A stretch of DNA of 64,000 bases from Paraspadella gotoi (GCA_051294375.1 CM119264.1:5015045-5079044); one strand, 5' to 3'. Shown: positions 43,369 to 56,461, counted from the first letter of the stretch. Numbers and translations: made by a program. The notes: generated by a model not told the origin, from the letters alone.

Positions 43369-44125
43369 CAGGGTCATTTTTCAAGGTTGACACATAATTT
43401 TAATGAAGTTTTTTAAAGATTTATTTTTTAAAGTTTATTAAAAATATATTTTGTAAGATTCAAAAACTCAAAACATTTGATAGTTTACATAATTAAAAAT
43501 TAAAATTAATTAATCCAGCAAACTCTTCTTTTAATATATAACCTAATTAACCATTAAACTTGTTGTATAGTTTCCTTTCTTTTCATTATTTTCAAAATTA
43601 ATTTACAAAGTAATATAGTGTGGCGAATCCAAAATTCGCCTCGCATATAGCTTGGTGAAACTCAGCTCATCCCATTAGCTAGGACAGATAAGTACTCGTT
43701 CACCAACCATGAGTTCCGGGTTTAATCCCCTCACGGCCACACTGGTTATAGTGTAATGGTGTTGGTATAAACACGCCAGTGATATGGGGTTGTTACTGCA
43801 GGTCCAAAGCCCTGAGCGCCAGCTGTCAGAAAATGCTTCATACCCCAATTTGTACATTTTGTAGTAGACATTGAGTTAAGCCTTTTTTTTTGTTATTTGT
43901 TTAGATTTAGTTAAGACGAAAATTTTTGTGAAACAACAATTTAAATCATTTTGTATAATTTGTACATTTTCATTTGGACTCTTAATGGAATGTAATGCTT
44001 AGGATGGTGTGTTCCCCCTCTGAGCCAATGTGATTGGCTGAACGATGGTGGATGCGAGGTAGTATGAATAAATTGAATATACAGCCATAGTAGAAGTTTT
44101 ATTTTCTTTTAACGATTTAATAAAC

Positions 44126-44590
44126 TGAAGAGACAGTAATTATTGTTATGTGTTGTGACAGAACCGTTCAATATAAGCAGTCCCTGAGCTTCGGATCAGG
44201 CTATAACACCATGTTACAGGCGGGTTAAGCGCCCCGTCCCTCTTAACTGCCAGACGACCACCGGGCTAGAACCCAGACCTTTGGATTGGGAGGCGAATGA
44301 CTTGCCTCCAGCACTAATGGCCGCTGATGAACGGTTGGTGGATTTTAGTCCACCATACATCCCCCCCTCCCGTAGGGAGAAGTCTGTTGCGTCTCTTCAG
44401 TGAATTGTTGTTGTTAGTGGAAAGTTCGTCACCAAGTTGAGGCATGTCGCCTGATGTGTTGTGGGCAGAAAGTGCATCGCCAGGTTGAGGCATGTCGCCT
44501 TAAAGTGTTGTTGTTGCTGTTGTGTTCGAATGACTTGCCTCCGGCACCAATGGCCGCTGATGAACGGTTGGTGGATTTTAGTCCACCAAT
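44126..44590 (-). mobile_element. Family B repeat: full copy (44126-44358) plus adjacent variant copy (~44401-44588)
   Basis: Reverse complement of the 43171 element with the intact leader hairpin TGGTGGA-CTAAAA-TCCACCA. The second copy carries an alternative internal module with two AGGCGACATGCCTCAAC repeats. Confidence 0.75.
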
Positions 44591-44850
44591 AAAACAAACA
44601 TTGTTAAAAAAAATAAAACTATTCTCTTTGTAAACCATTAAACTTAAAAATTTATTTCTATGTAAATGAAATGGGGCACTTTTGAAAATATGGCCAAGCT
44701 GTTTTCGAAAAGTTAAGTTCCTCTTTATTTTAAATATTCGTCGTTTTTGTTTTGTCATTCTTTTCTTTTAAATAATTGATTGTTATCGCGGTCTCGGAAG
44801 TGACCCAATTCACCCACCTCACTTGCCTTTGTGTTTACGACCTGTAAAAT

Positions 44851-46108
44851 AAACAAGTTTGAGCAAACAATGTCGGATCTGCCTACGAAAATTAATTAAT
44901 TAATTAATCGATTAATTAATTAATCAATATTAATTTTAATATTTAAAAATTAATTATAAATTTATATACAGCTTATCATCATCGATGTCCTTAAAATAAA
45001 GTAAATGTGACTTATATTTTTTCCATTTAAACTCATTTCCACTGGCACAATTCCGTCAAAACTTTATATCTAGCTTCTTCACAAACTTTTCTTCCCGCTA
45101 ACAAAATTTCATCTCAATCTATTATGGGTTAAAATAAGTAAAAAGAGTCAAGTAAATGTGACTTATATTTTTTTCATTTGAACTCATTTCCACTCGTACC
45201 AAAACTTTATATCAAGCTTCGTCCACATTTTCCTACCCACACACAAAATTTGAACTCAATCTATCCATCCAATTATGATTAATTAGAGTATATTTATTGG
45301 TTAAAATAAGTAAAAAGATTTTAGTAAATGCGACTTATGTTTTTTCCATTTAAACTCATATCCACTCACACGATTCCATCCAAACTTTATATCCATTATA
45401 TTCATTCCGATCCAATCAGCCAACACGAGTTATTGGGGATTTTTGCTAAGTGGGACGGATGACGGATTGATTGACTGATTAATTAATTAGTGATTAATTA
45501 ATTGACTAATTGATTAATTAACTGATTAATTATTTGATTTATTAATACATCCTGCATATACATTTAATATAAAAGGAAAAAAAATCCTAATCAATTAGTG
45601 AAACAGGTTTTTTTGTTTTTTTCATTTAAACTCATTTCCACTCAAACGATTCCATCGAAATTGGTTTCCTGTTCAATCACACACTTTCCTACTCACATAC
45701 AAAATTCCAAGTCAATCGCCCCATCCACTCATGAGTAATTGGTGTTCAAATAGTGAATTATATTTTTTTGTTTTTTCCATTTAAACTCATTTTCACTTGG
45801 ACGATTCCATCGAAACTTTATATCCAGCTCAATCACAACACTTCCCTACCCAACAACAAAAATTTCATTTAAATCCATCCATCCAATCACGAGTAATTGG
45901 TGTTTTTGCTAAGGTGGGATGGACGGATGACGGCAGACAGACAGACAGACAGATGGACGGACATCATTTTTTTTGAATAATTTATCATAATTCGATGTTC
46001 TGACATGATATAAGTTAGTGCCCGACAATATTGAGGGGGCGGACCGACGGACCGACAAAGGGAATTATAGAAGTCGTGGATCTGCTGATAAGCAGATCCG
46101 ACTAAAAA
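44851..46108 (-). mobile_element. Helentron non-autonomous element, family A, with expanded internal subrepeats
   Basis: Both termini match the 39371-40120 copy in reverse complement; the AACTCATTTCCACT unit recurs five times. Confidence 0.8.
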
Positions 46109-48344
46109 TACCCTAAAGAAAAGATTTTTATTCACAATACAAATATTGGCAAAAAATCAAACACTACACTTGTAAATATCGCTCAAGAAAAACACCATCG
46201 TCGGATAACTAGATTTTCTCATAATAATGATAATTACAGGAGTTAGTTTCCCACTTGATAGGAATTCATCCTGTTTCTAATATTAAGCAACTTTGCTTAA
46301 GTGCTTGCTTGATGCTTTTTTCGCTTGTTTTCTCGCCTTTTTTTATTTACTCTTTCTTTCTCCATCTCATTTATTTCGCTTCTTTAATTTCTTCATTAAC
46401 TCGTTATTTCAAACTGACTTTCCTTTTTCCTCTTCTTTCTCTTATTCCAATTTCTATTTTTCTTCATATCCTCCTTCTCTTTCTCATTCATTCTCTTATT
46501 TTCNNNNNNNNNNGAGGCGCCGTGAAAGGATCGAGAGAGCGGCGCTCCTCACGAGAGCCACGCCCATTTCCATCTTGTCCCGGGCGCGTCCTTGCTTCAC
46601 TGGCACGCGCTCTTCCCTGGGGGCGAAATTTTAATCTGCCTCTGAAGAGTTCAAGGCCATGGAATTTTGCGCGTTATCAACAGGAACTTCAATCTGGACC
46701 GATGCAAGAAGATTTGATTAAACTCGTAATTCTTTCACTGTATATTATTTTTATAATATTTATTAGTTAAAAAACTACTTGACGTTTATGATGACCTAAT
46801 AAAATGTTCAAATTTCCTAATATTATAATAACAGTGGCTCTCAACTTTAAAATTTTAACAGTTTTAACCAGTATTAACGCTGATTGTGAAGTTATCTGAA
46901 ATAAAAAAAAAAATTGTGATTAAAAGTCAGTTTGGTTATTTGTTATTTAAAAAAAATTCTCATGTAAAACCTTACTTATTTTCTATAGTAACTATTATTT
47001 ATTAACAAAGTCGTCTTTTATAAATTTTTTCCCCCAAGCTGAAATTTTTATTTTTAATAGATTTAAAAAAAAGTGATGAATGATGATTATTATCAAGTAT
47101 TATTCATAATATAAAAAAATTATTCTGGGTCATGATATATTTATTACAGTATCTTATTAATCATAAAAATTAAGCATGAAAAAAAAATACAATTGTTTTA
47201 ATGAGAACTGAAGGATTGATAGTAAGATCTCCTTCAAAATAAATATTTCAAAGTGAAAAAATGTTTTTTTCAGAAATTTACCCTTTGAGTAAAATTTTTA
47301 ATACATAACAACTATCCTAGCTAGATTGTTACGAATTGGTAAAAAAAAGTTAAGTATTTTTCTATTAGTATGAAAAAAATTTATAAACCGAATTATATTA
47401 CAAGTTTTTTCGTATCAGTCCAGATTGAGGTCCCTGTAGATGGCTGACGGCGATCGTTAACTCAAAGTAGGGCAATGACAAATGCTCGTTCTTCAACGGC
47501 AAACAGCTAAAATCTATATATAAAGATTTTCATCAATCGCGGATTTATTCTACTTATTTATTTTTCGGAAAGAAAGCAGCATATTATGCTACGCATTACG
47601 CAAGGTATTATGCTACGCAAAGTAAATTACAGTATAGATATTATTCTTACAAAAAATATTTTTTAAAAATGAAAGAATAATGTACCGTTTATATATAGTA
47701 GAAGAATATACATTATCTTTTTTTTATCGATAGACGGACCGACTATCTGACTGACCGACCGAAAATGATTTTATTGACTTACGAGGCGTGACAGCTCGGA
47801 AAGGTGATCAGCGAACCGTTATATCGCGGTCAACCGTTCATTGAAGGAGAAAATAGGCAAAGTTGCCATCAAAGAACAGAATGTTGATAGAACTCTAATC
47901 AGTAACCTAACTGACAACTTTTTCCCCTTTCCATTCCTTACTCCTTGTATTTCTATTATATCCCTTCATTCCCTCCTTTTTCCTTCCGCTTCCATTTTGT
48001 TTCTCTCTCCCCAGAGAGAAGAGAGGAATTAGTCAACAGATGTCTCTTAGAAACTGTAGAGTCAACTCCGAGATTTTAAAATCAAAAATAAAAAAAATAA
48101 AAAAATTCGCAACAACATTCAGGCTGTTAGCGCTGTTTGTATTAAAGAAATGAACATAAATATTTTTGGCAAACGAGAACGAGATTAAAATTAAATAGAA
48201 TTTGAGACCGCGCCCGATTTCATAGAGCGAGCAGTTATTCTATTCTAAATTAGGGTATTTTTAAAGTCGTTTTCTTGTTTCAAATTCAAATCAAAACCTC
48301 ACAAAATATAATTTTTAATAAACTTTAAAAAAATCACAATCTTG

Positions 48345-48601
48345 TCAGCCAATGTTCTTGTTCGGATCGAAGTCGGGGTGGTTCCACCACTCTGGCACTC
48401 CCGCCACCTTCAGAACCTCCTCCTTGGTCACTCTCCCGACGCCGCCGCCGACTTTCCCCGTCGCCGGCGCTCGCGGATTCTCGAGATTCCGGCTGAGGAC
48501 TCCGGGCGTGGGGGCGTGGACTGAGGAAGGCTGAGTGGCGGCGCGCCAACGGTTCCACCAATCGGCGTTGTTCCACCAAGCGGCGTCGTTGCCTTTTAGT
48601 A
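48345..48601 (-). CDS. Probable terminal exon of an unidentified gene (Trp-Trp-Asn-rich peptide)
   Basis: GC-rich island after a long (CT)-rich tract and AG; LKGNDAAWWNNADWWNRWRAAT..EEVLKVAGVPEWWNHPDFDPNKNIG*. No family recognised. Confidence 0.45.
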
Positions 48602-50305
48602 CTGAGAGAGAGAGAGAGGGAAGAGAAAGAGAGAGAGAGAAAAAAGGAGAGAGAGAGAGAGAGAAAGAGAGAGAAGAGAAGAGGAGGGAGGGAGGGAGAG
48701 AGAGAGGAAAAAAAAGAGAGAAAAAAGAGAGAGAGAGAAGAGAGAAAGAGAAGAAAAAAGAGAGAGAGAGAGAGATGAGGAGAGAGAGAGAAGAAAGAGA
48801 GAGAGAGAGAGAGAGAGAAGAGAGAGGGGGGAGAGGAGAGAAAAAAGAGAGAGAGAGAGAAAAAGAGAGAGAGAGAGAGTCCGAATCAACCGTCTTCGTC
48901 AAAATGTTTTTTTATAAATTCTTGTTACATCTTTTAATTTCCTCTCATTAGTATGTTAGTATAATAAGGTCATTCCCACCAGTGCGGTTCATCTGTCGTC
49001 ATACTCAAGAGCAGAACTATTATCAAGAATTGAAAACGATTAATGGGAATTAATAACTATCTGTTATTCGCGCAAACATTAACTGCAAACATATCGTGAA
49101 TCAAATACTTGGTTAATTTTTTCTTTCTTTCACTCGAGCTGAAATTACGACAAGCAAAACACGTTTTATATTTCGCAGAATTCGTGTTTATTATTATTTG
49201 TTATTTTGTATAATTATAAAAAAATAATTAATTTTAAACTGAAGTATATTCTTGTATTTAAAAAAAAGAGGCTGTTTCAGTGTTGCTTTTCCGTGCTAGA
49301 TTTGCCTTCAAAGAAAGTTAATTTTTGAGGTAATAGAATGATGAAAAAAGTGGTGCTACTGAGTTGCTAACGCTTTGTATGTATAATTTAATATCAGTTT
49401 TCGTGCCGTCTTTAAACAAAGTAGTCGTCTTCTTCGTCGTCCTTACTCCTTAGTCATAATTTGATAAGTTGATCCCTTAAAAGTCGGTTGCTCCGTCAGT
49501 CCCAACTCAAGGTCGCCTCAAATAAAACTGGGGTCGGACAAGGCCAAGCCAGGAATTCAGATCAAGGTCGGAATAAAAAATAGGCCAAACGTCGAAGGAG
49601 AGTAGATAAAAGGCAAGATGTGATCATTGATCGAAATATGAACCAACTATGCACGAAATAGATGAATGTCGTCCTTAGCATTGCCTGGAATTAAGGTAAC
49701 TAATCTAACGCAAAGTTAAACTCAAACTAAAATAACATTGAATCTGGCCAACGTGATTTGAAAATATCGCGTGACGACGACGGGTGGATTGACCCCTTGG
49801 ATTTAAAGTCTAAGCCTCACCGCTTTTCGCCTTTCCCCCTTAAACAGGAAAAATATTGTGGGAAAAAAAGTCGCGAAAGGTCGGTTCGAGTCTTCATATT
49901 ACGTTATAAATTTTGAAATTATTACCTTTAACAAATAAAACGTAGAATAAACTAAAGAACAACAATGATTTAAGAGACAAAAACCTTCTTCACTTGATGC
50001 GGAACCTTTAACGAACCTTTGACTCTGTTAATTGAACCTAGGCTGGGCAGCTTAATTTTTATGTTAGATCTTTTGTAAGTATATCATTCTCTTCACATTT
50101 TTAAGGGCTTTTTAAAAAAAATCAATTTAAAAACAGTGAGTTTGAAAATAAAATTTTAAAAGCCAACTTTCTCCACTCATTTTCAAGGCATATCTTAACT
50201 GATCAATATAAAATTTGAAAACATAAATTATTTTGGTATTTTTTACTCAAATAACTTTTAAAATCAATGAAATAACCACTGGTTTGCAAAATTGGTTTGT
50301 AAAAT

Positions 50306-50427
50306 TGTCACCATGTAACAGGCGGGTTAAGCGCCCCGTCCCTCTTAACTGCGAGGCGACCACCAGACGTTTTGCCTTCTGCACCAATGGCCGCTGATAA
50401 AAGGTCGGTGGATTTTAGTCCACCATA
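50306..50427 (-). mobile_element. Family B repeat, truncated/deleted copy
   Basis: CAGGCGGGTTAAGCGCCCCGTCCCTCTTAACTGC ... GGTGGATTTTAGTCCACCATA. Confidence 0.7.
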
Positions 50428-53292
50428 ATACTTATATTAACATTTGGAATGCTTAAAACATTAACAAAAATTCCTAAATTAGGAAAACGTACACATTTAT
50501 AAACTTTTGGAAAATATATTAAATGATACTGTGTGGCGGTATANNNNNNNNNNGGTTAAAAATTAAATTTAGGAATTTTACTACGCCTTACTGGAGGCGT
50601 CACTGATGGTCGGAAGCCCCCAAAGCCAACAGTGAGATGCCCCATCCTAATGGGCATCACAGGCAACCCGGCTGTTGCCATAACTGGATAGATCTAGTTT
50701 CAGTGCTACTCTGGTCAATGAACATGATTGATCGATATTGAATACTTTAGACTCAAAGTTTTGAAAAAAATCTTGCTGTATCAATTTTGATAGAAGTTGT
50801 TAAACAAGTTGTCTTTGATCCTTTGAACCTGTTAGTTATATTCATGAAAGCAGAAGATTCCTCTTTTTGACTTCTGGTATTGGTTAAAAGGGACTAATTA
50901 TAAAAATATGGCGAGTGGTCATACGTGGTCTGTCGTCTTCAAGTTCCTTTTCCACTGCTTTGTTTTTCGTTGGATTCTTTTCATTTTCAATATTTTTTCC
51001 GGGATTTTTTGTTGTAAATTGCTGAGACATCGAGGGGTCGACTGCGAAGATCTCATCGAAGTACGCCGTATTCTCTGGCGTCACCATTTGAGTTGGACAA
51101 GAGGAGAATCCCTCGACAATGTCATTCATATTAGTGCAAGGATGGAACGAACACTCAAGTTTTCATGGGAAGACCCTAATGTGCATCTACTGCACTTATC
51201 AAAAAGCGGAGCCACCTTTGTGAGAACCAAGAAAGGTATCCGCCTCGCAATGGCGCATTGACGTGTGGTAGACGAGAATCTCGCTCTTAAAAAAAAAATT
51301 CAACATTTTTCTGAATAGAGAATTCCGTTTCAAATCTGACTACCCAAATTGCAAACCGCGTTGTTGCCATGAAATTCGTTAAAAAACACACTGTAAAAAC
51401 GCACGATTCCGAGAGCGTTATCATCTGAAGGCTTGTCCTATTCGTTTTATGGCATTTGATAAAGGACCTTATATACAACAAGCCAGGCTAGGAAATGCAT
51501 CTACTCATCTCCCGGAGGAAATTTTCGAAACCTCATTTTTACATAGAAATGAAAGGGAAGTTTACACACTTTAAAATTGCAAACGGATTGCTATATGTCC
51601 TTGTACAGACGAGCGACTTCGGAATTTCCGATCTGGATAGCTTTGTGTCTGAAGAGCCTTGTCTCTATTTTTATTTTTATTTTGTATAATGTATTATGAC
51701 ATAAAATGATCAGGTTTTAAGTATGAAATAGTCCGGTATGAATCGCGAAATTTTTATTTTAAAAAGAAATTAAAAAAGTGAAGGTTGAGAAAAAAGACTG
51801 ATTTTTCCTAATATCTTTGAAGGAATAAAGATAAAGGCGCTGATGGCATAGTACCAAAATAAGCTATAATCACATAAGGAGCACATACAATGATACAATT
51901 TTAGAATTAAACTTAATGCTGAACCTCCTTACAGGGTTGAGTGTCAACTAAGTCAAAATTATAGATGAATTTTAAAACTAAATGACACCCCATAAGAAAT
52001 AGTATGAAAATTTGAATATCTTTTTAATGATTTACTGAAGACAAAAATGTAAATTTACTCTAGTAAAACGTTTAAAGTTTTTTGGAATAAAGAAAATGTG
52101 AATTTTTGTGTCACTTAAATAATTTGCTTGTCTGTTTTACAAGCATGCTTACAAAATTCTACAAATATTATTTTTAACCCCCATCACAAGCCTAAGTATT
52201 TATCACTTCCTTTTACACACCAGCAAAAAGTTAACAATTATCTAATTGAAGAGAACAGGATGTTTACTGAAAGGAGCCGAGCCCATTCATAACTCTCCAC
52301 TTGGATTGTTATTTGTTAATAATAAATATAAGGCGAATTTTTAATTATTTAAACTTTCACAGGCTTTATAAGATATTACCAACTTTCATGAATATCCAAT
52401 GTTATGTTTAATTTATTATATTTTTTACCCAGTAAATCATAAATAACAGAAAGTTGTGGGTTCCCTTCGCTGTTTAAAGAAAAAAAAAAATTAACTAGCG
52501 GAATTATAAGTTTTTAAGAGGAAGTCAGAATCGGCGAAAATGTCAAAAAAAAGGGGTGGAATTTTGATGGATTTTCCTAAGATTTCTCCACAATGTGAGG
52601 TCCGATTAAAGCGAAACTTGAGATTTACAATATTCCCGTCATTCCACATCTATCGATATAAAAATATAAGAAAAAAGTCACTGGCTTCTTTTCTATAGCA
52701 GCTTCCTAGATACGCCTCCGCATTCAACTTTCACTAAATCACAATATTTTTTTTAATTTTCTTTTTAATAAGTATATAACATACATATATTATAGTAAAA
52801 ATTGTGCTAATAGCTTGTTGTAATATTTTGGTATGTTTGTTTTTTCTAATATTCAGTAGTTTGTTTATATACTTACGTAGAGTTTAAAAAAGGATATTTT
52901 TCTTTTTTCTTCCTTTTAATATTCTTCGTAATACATGATATAATAAGAACCGGTAAATTCTAGGCATTGCGAGTGACTTTGCAATTGTGGTTTATGTTTT
53001 ATAACTTCTCTCACAATCAAATATTACACAAAATATGCCGATTTTACTTTATTATTATGTGACCATACTTCTCTTTGGTCACGTGATTACACAAGTCTGT
53101 ATCAAGTGTAAATCGACAGAAAAATAAGTTAAACATTGCACAAAATGCAATCATTTTATAAGTAAGGCCGTTTGTGTCAGGACCAGGGCTATTTAAGACG
53201 ATGCGATAACTGCCAGTTGTTTGTGCAAAACTACAAATACTGTAGTTTTATCAATACAGTTATAAAGATTTTTTATACTTTTTTCTTTGCAG

Positions 53293-55581
53293 GATTAAAT
53301 ATATACAGTTCAAAGGTGCATCCATTTTGCTTTGTATCAAAATTTAACCATGCGACTGAATTTGGTGTCATTCCACTGGAAACTTTTTGCAAATTACCGA
53401 TTATATCCACACCTGATGCATCCGCTTTAAGTTTAACTACTCAACGCAAAAAGGTCATCTTTATTTTTTTTTTACCTCGGAGTGGCAGTACTTGGGTGCT
53501 TCAACACTTTGAGAACATTCCTGGCTGCCTCACTATTTGTGAGCCTCCGGCATTCCTCAATCTTGCTGCGATGAAAGCTGCTGGTGAATCAGTTTCCGAT
53601 GACCTTGTTAAACAAGTTGTCCTTTTCACTTGTAAGTTTTTCTTCTGTCAAAAGCAGTTGGACACCATTGTAATCAAAATCGCACCTTGGCTATTAAACA
53701 CAATAATGGATATCAGGTAAATGAGCATTTGTAAAAATGGATGCGAGTCATTAACTTGAGACTACAAAAGTTCTTACACAATTTTAGACAATTAACCAAT
53801 TTGTTGTTTCAAACTGGCCAAACCACGACATCCTCACATGACAGTACTTTTATTTGAATTAGTGAGAATCTGCCTTTTGAGACTCGTTTTCTTCTCACCG
53901 TTCGCCATCCGATACCCTTGATGACATCTTTATTTCGCCTACTTTCCGAGAACGCCTCAAATGCGCAAGGTTATGCCCGGCAGCTACCGGTCATAGGCCA
54001 TAAGTTCTTTTATGATGAGTGGGGGCTAAAACTTGGAGTGTCTCTTATTCGTCTAGGAGTTACAGGTGAGGAAGAGAGAAAAAAGGACTTGTACAGTAGT
54101 TAAGTACAGTAATATATATTTCGGCTTTTCACTCGAATCTTACAAGTCTTACTTACAGAAAAGCAGGTTGTATACTGTGAAATGCGAGGCCACAAAATTA
54201 TATTTTTGAATATTAAAAACTTTTTTAGAATCTTGTCAAGACTGTTAATTATGTCATAGGATGAAAATTTTAATTTTCTTCAGTCACATATTATGTAGAA
54301 AACTGTATATCTAAGGTATTGTAGAAGACGAAAATACGAGAAAATAAAGGTAGGGAAGAAGGTGAATAATTGTGACGAAGTAAGAGAAGCAGAAAAGAAA
54401 TGAGACCAGCTCTCTCCTTGTCCACTTTTATCAACGCCCGGACCAACTTGACCTTACGGTATCCTTGGCCCTATTACGTTGTCCGGTCAATCTAAGGTCA
54501 TTGCCAAAGCTAGGGTAAAGTGACCGTGTGGATAGACCAGCTCGGAGAAAGAGGAGAGAGGAAGGGTTTAGAGAGAGACCGGTGGTAAGTCGCCTCAGTT
54601 TCATTGTGTTTAGAGATTAGCAAAGAGATGCCCTGATGAAGACTCGAATCAGAGTCGAAACATGTCTGTTTTATTTTAAATAAAGTCATTGTTGCGTTAA
54701 AAACAAATCCCTGAGGCGACTTAAGAAGAGAGAATGAAGAGAGAGGAAGGGTTTAGAGAGAGAGATCGGTGGTAAGTCGCCTCATCCCTTTATATCTAAG
54801 GTATTATTAATCTAATACTATTTATTATATGGATTGTCAGGCATGAGTGACACTGATTTCCTTATTACAGCTTTGAAGAGCATTGTGGAATTTCAAACAG
54901 ACTTTGACAAACGTTACAGAAAACTGGTGGTAGCTTTGGGTCATATTGAAGACAATGACAAGATCTTAAAAGTTAAAAAAGACGGACGTGCGCTTCGTGT
55001 TGGTAAGGAAGATATAACTTCGAAATAAATATAAGTTGGTATTTAAGGTTTTACCCAGCGATCCACAGTTTAGTATTTCGCTCTCTACTTTAGTCTCATT
55101 AATTATCTCGTGCTATCAACGTTCTCTGCTTCGCTAATAATAATTTGCCAATATAAAAGACTAAAAGACTAAGAGACTAAAGGACGAAATCAGGCATTGC
55201 CGCATTCCCACTTTTTCACTAGGGGTGACATCGCTTGTCGGAAACTTTTTTTACTCTTACGTTGGTCGGATTCTTTGTATTATGGAAACGCGACGCCGAC
55301 GAAAGAATTTTGATTCCGAAACCTTGACCATTCGCTACGAGGATTTCGTGGATGCGCCGTCAAGGACCGCGGCAAGCATATGGCGGTTCTGTGGGATCAA
55401 CGCGAAGGCGGCGGTCTTATGGGACTCTGATCGCGATTCCCAGGCCGGAAGTGACTACAGCCGTAAGCGATTGGAATCACGCCTGGCTCAAATGACACGG
55501 GATGATGTCACCAAGATGGAAGCTTTCTTGCAAAGAGCAGGAATTGCCGAATCTCTGGACATGGTCGACAAGATAGTTTAA
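53293..55581 (+). CDS. P-loop sulfotransferase-like protein (5' exons not resolved)
   Basis: Exons 53293-53716, 53863-54065, 54841-55002 and 55223-55581 splice in phase. Motifs: 5'-PSB-like VIFIFFLPRSGSTW..EP, 3'-PB-like TVRHPIPLMTS, and IRYEDFVDAP..IWRFCGI..DSQAGS. Confidence 0.82.
54626..54675 (+). ncRNA. Type I hammerhead ribozyme motif (minimal, Penelope-like type), stem I possibly damaged
   Basis: CTGATGA(54633)-A-GACTC-gaatca-GAGTC-GAAA-C-AT-G-TC: conserved core, 5-bp stem II, palindromic ACATGT stem III, GUC cleavage triplet; AATAAA follows. Confidence 0.6.
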
Positions 55582-55672
55582 TTATCTCGGCCAAGACGGC
55601 CAAACACCGTCTTGGCGAGATGAAACGAAGCTCAGCTTCTTTGTGACGTCGTCGTCGTCGTCGTCGTCACGC

Positions 55673-56461
55673 TTTTTAGTCGGATCTGCTTATCAGCAGA
55701 TCCCGACTCTTATAATTCACTTTGTCGGTCCGTTCGTCCGCCCCCTCAATCTTGTCGGGCATTAACTTATTTCATGTCAGAACATCGTCCGTCTGTTCGC
55801 TCTGTCCCACTTTAGCAAAAAACTCCAATTGCTCGTGATTGGATGGATGGATTGGAATGAAATTTTGTGTGTGGGTAGGGAAGTGTGGCATTGAGCTGGA
55901 TATGAAGTTAGATAGAATCGTGCGAGTGGAAATGAGTTTAAATGCGAAAAAAAATAAAAAATTTCACTATTTGTACGTCAACTTACACATGAGTGGATGG
56001 GGCGATTGTCTTGAAATTTTGTATGTGGGCAGGAAAATGTGTGATTAAGCTGGAAATCAAGTTTCGATGGAATCGTTTGAGTGGAAATGAGTTTTAAATT
56101 GTGATTATGCTTCTTTTTCTTTTATATTAAATTAAATCAAGAATATAATAATTATATCAAATAATTATCAGCTAATAATCAATTTGTTAATTAATAAATA
56201 ATAAATTATATGGTCAATTAATCAAATAAATTCATTCAATAAATCAATTTATTTATAAATTATTAATTTAATTTCAATCAATCAAATCAATAAGTCAATC
56301 GTTATCAACATTATTGTCATCGCCATCATCGTCGTCATTGCTTTTGTCATGGTGAGTGATGAAAAGACTAAAAACAAACATTTTCGAATCAAAATTAATT
56401 AATGTTATAATCCAAATTATTATTTTAGGTTATTATCGACATTGTTTGCTCAAACTTGTTT
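55673..56461 (+). mobile_element. Helentron non-autonomous element, family A
   Basis: Same 5' subTIR/IR and the same 3' CGACATTGTTTGCTCAAACTTGTT end. Confidence 0.8.

Noticed and set aside
43360-43371. Family B end CTCTTC-A followed by a 3-bp duplication resembles an EarI/SapI type IIS cut
   Set aside because: Only three flanks are available and no such nuclease is evident; treated as coincidence unless genome-wide data support it.
44325-44360. Hammerhead ribozyme at CTGATGA in family B repeats (also 58905)
   Set aside because: No GAAA core follows the hairpin, and no stem III or NUH site is present.
44420-44510. CRISPR-like repeat-spacer pattern (CCA.GTTGAGGCATGTCGCCT x2)
   Set aside because: Only two units, within a eukaryotic dispersed repeat, with no cas genes.
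50550-51700. ORF fragments 50884-51261 as a gene or as 5' exons of the sulfotransferase
   Set aside because: Frequent stops, no family motifs and no consistent splicing to 53293.
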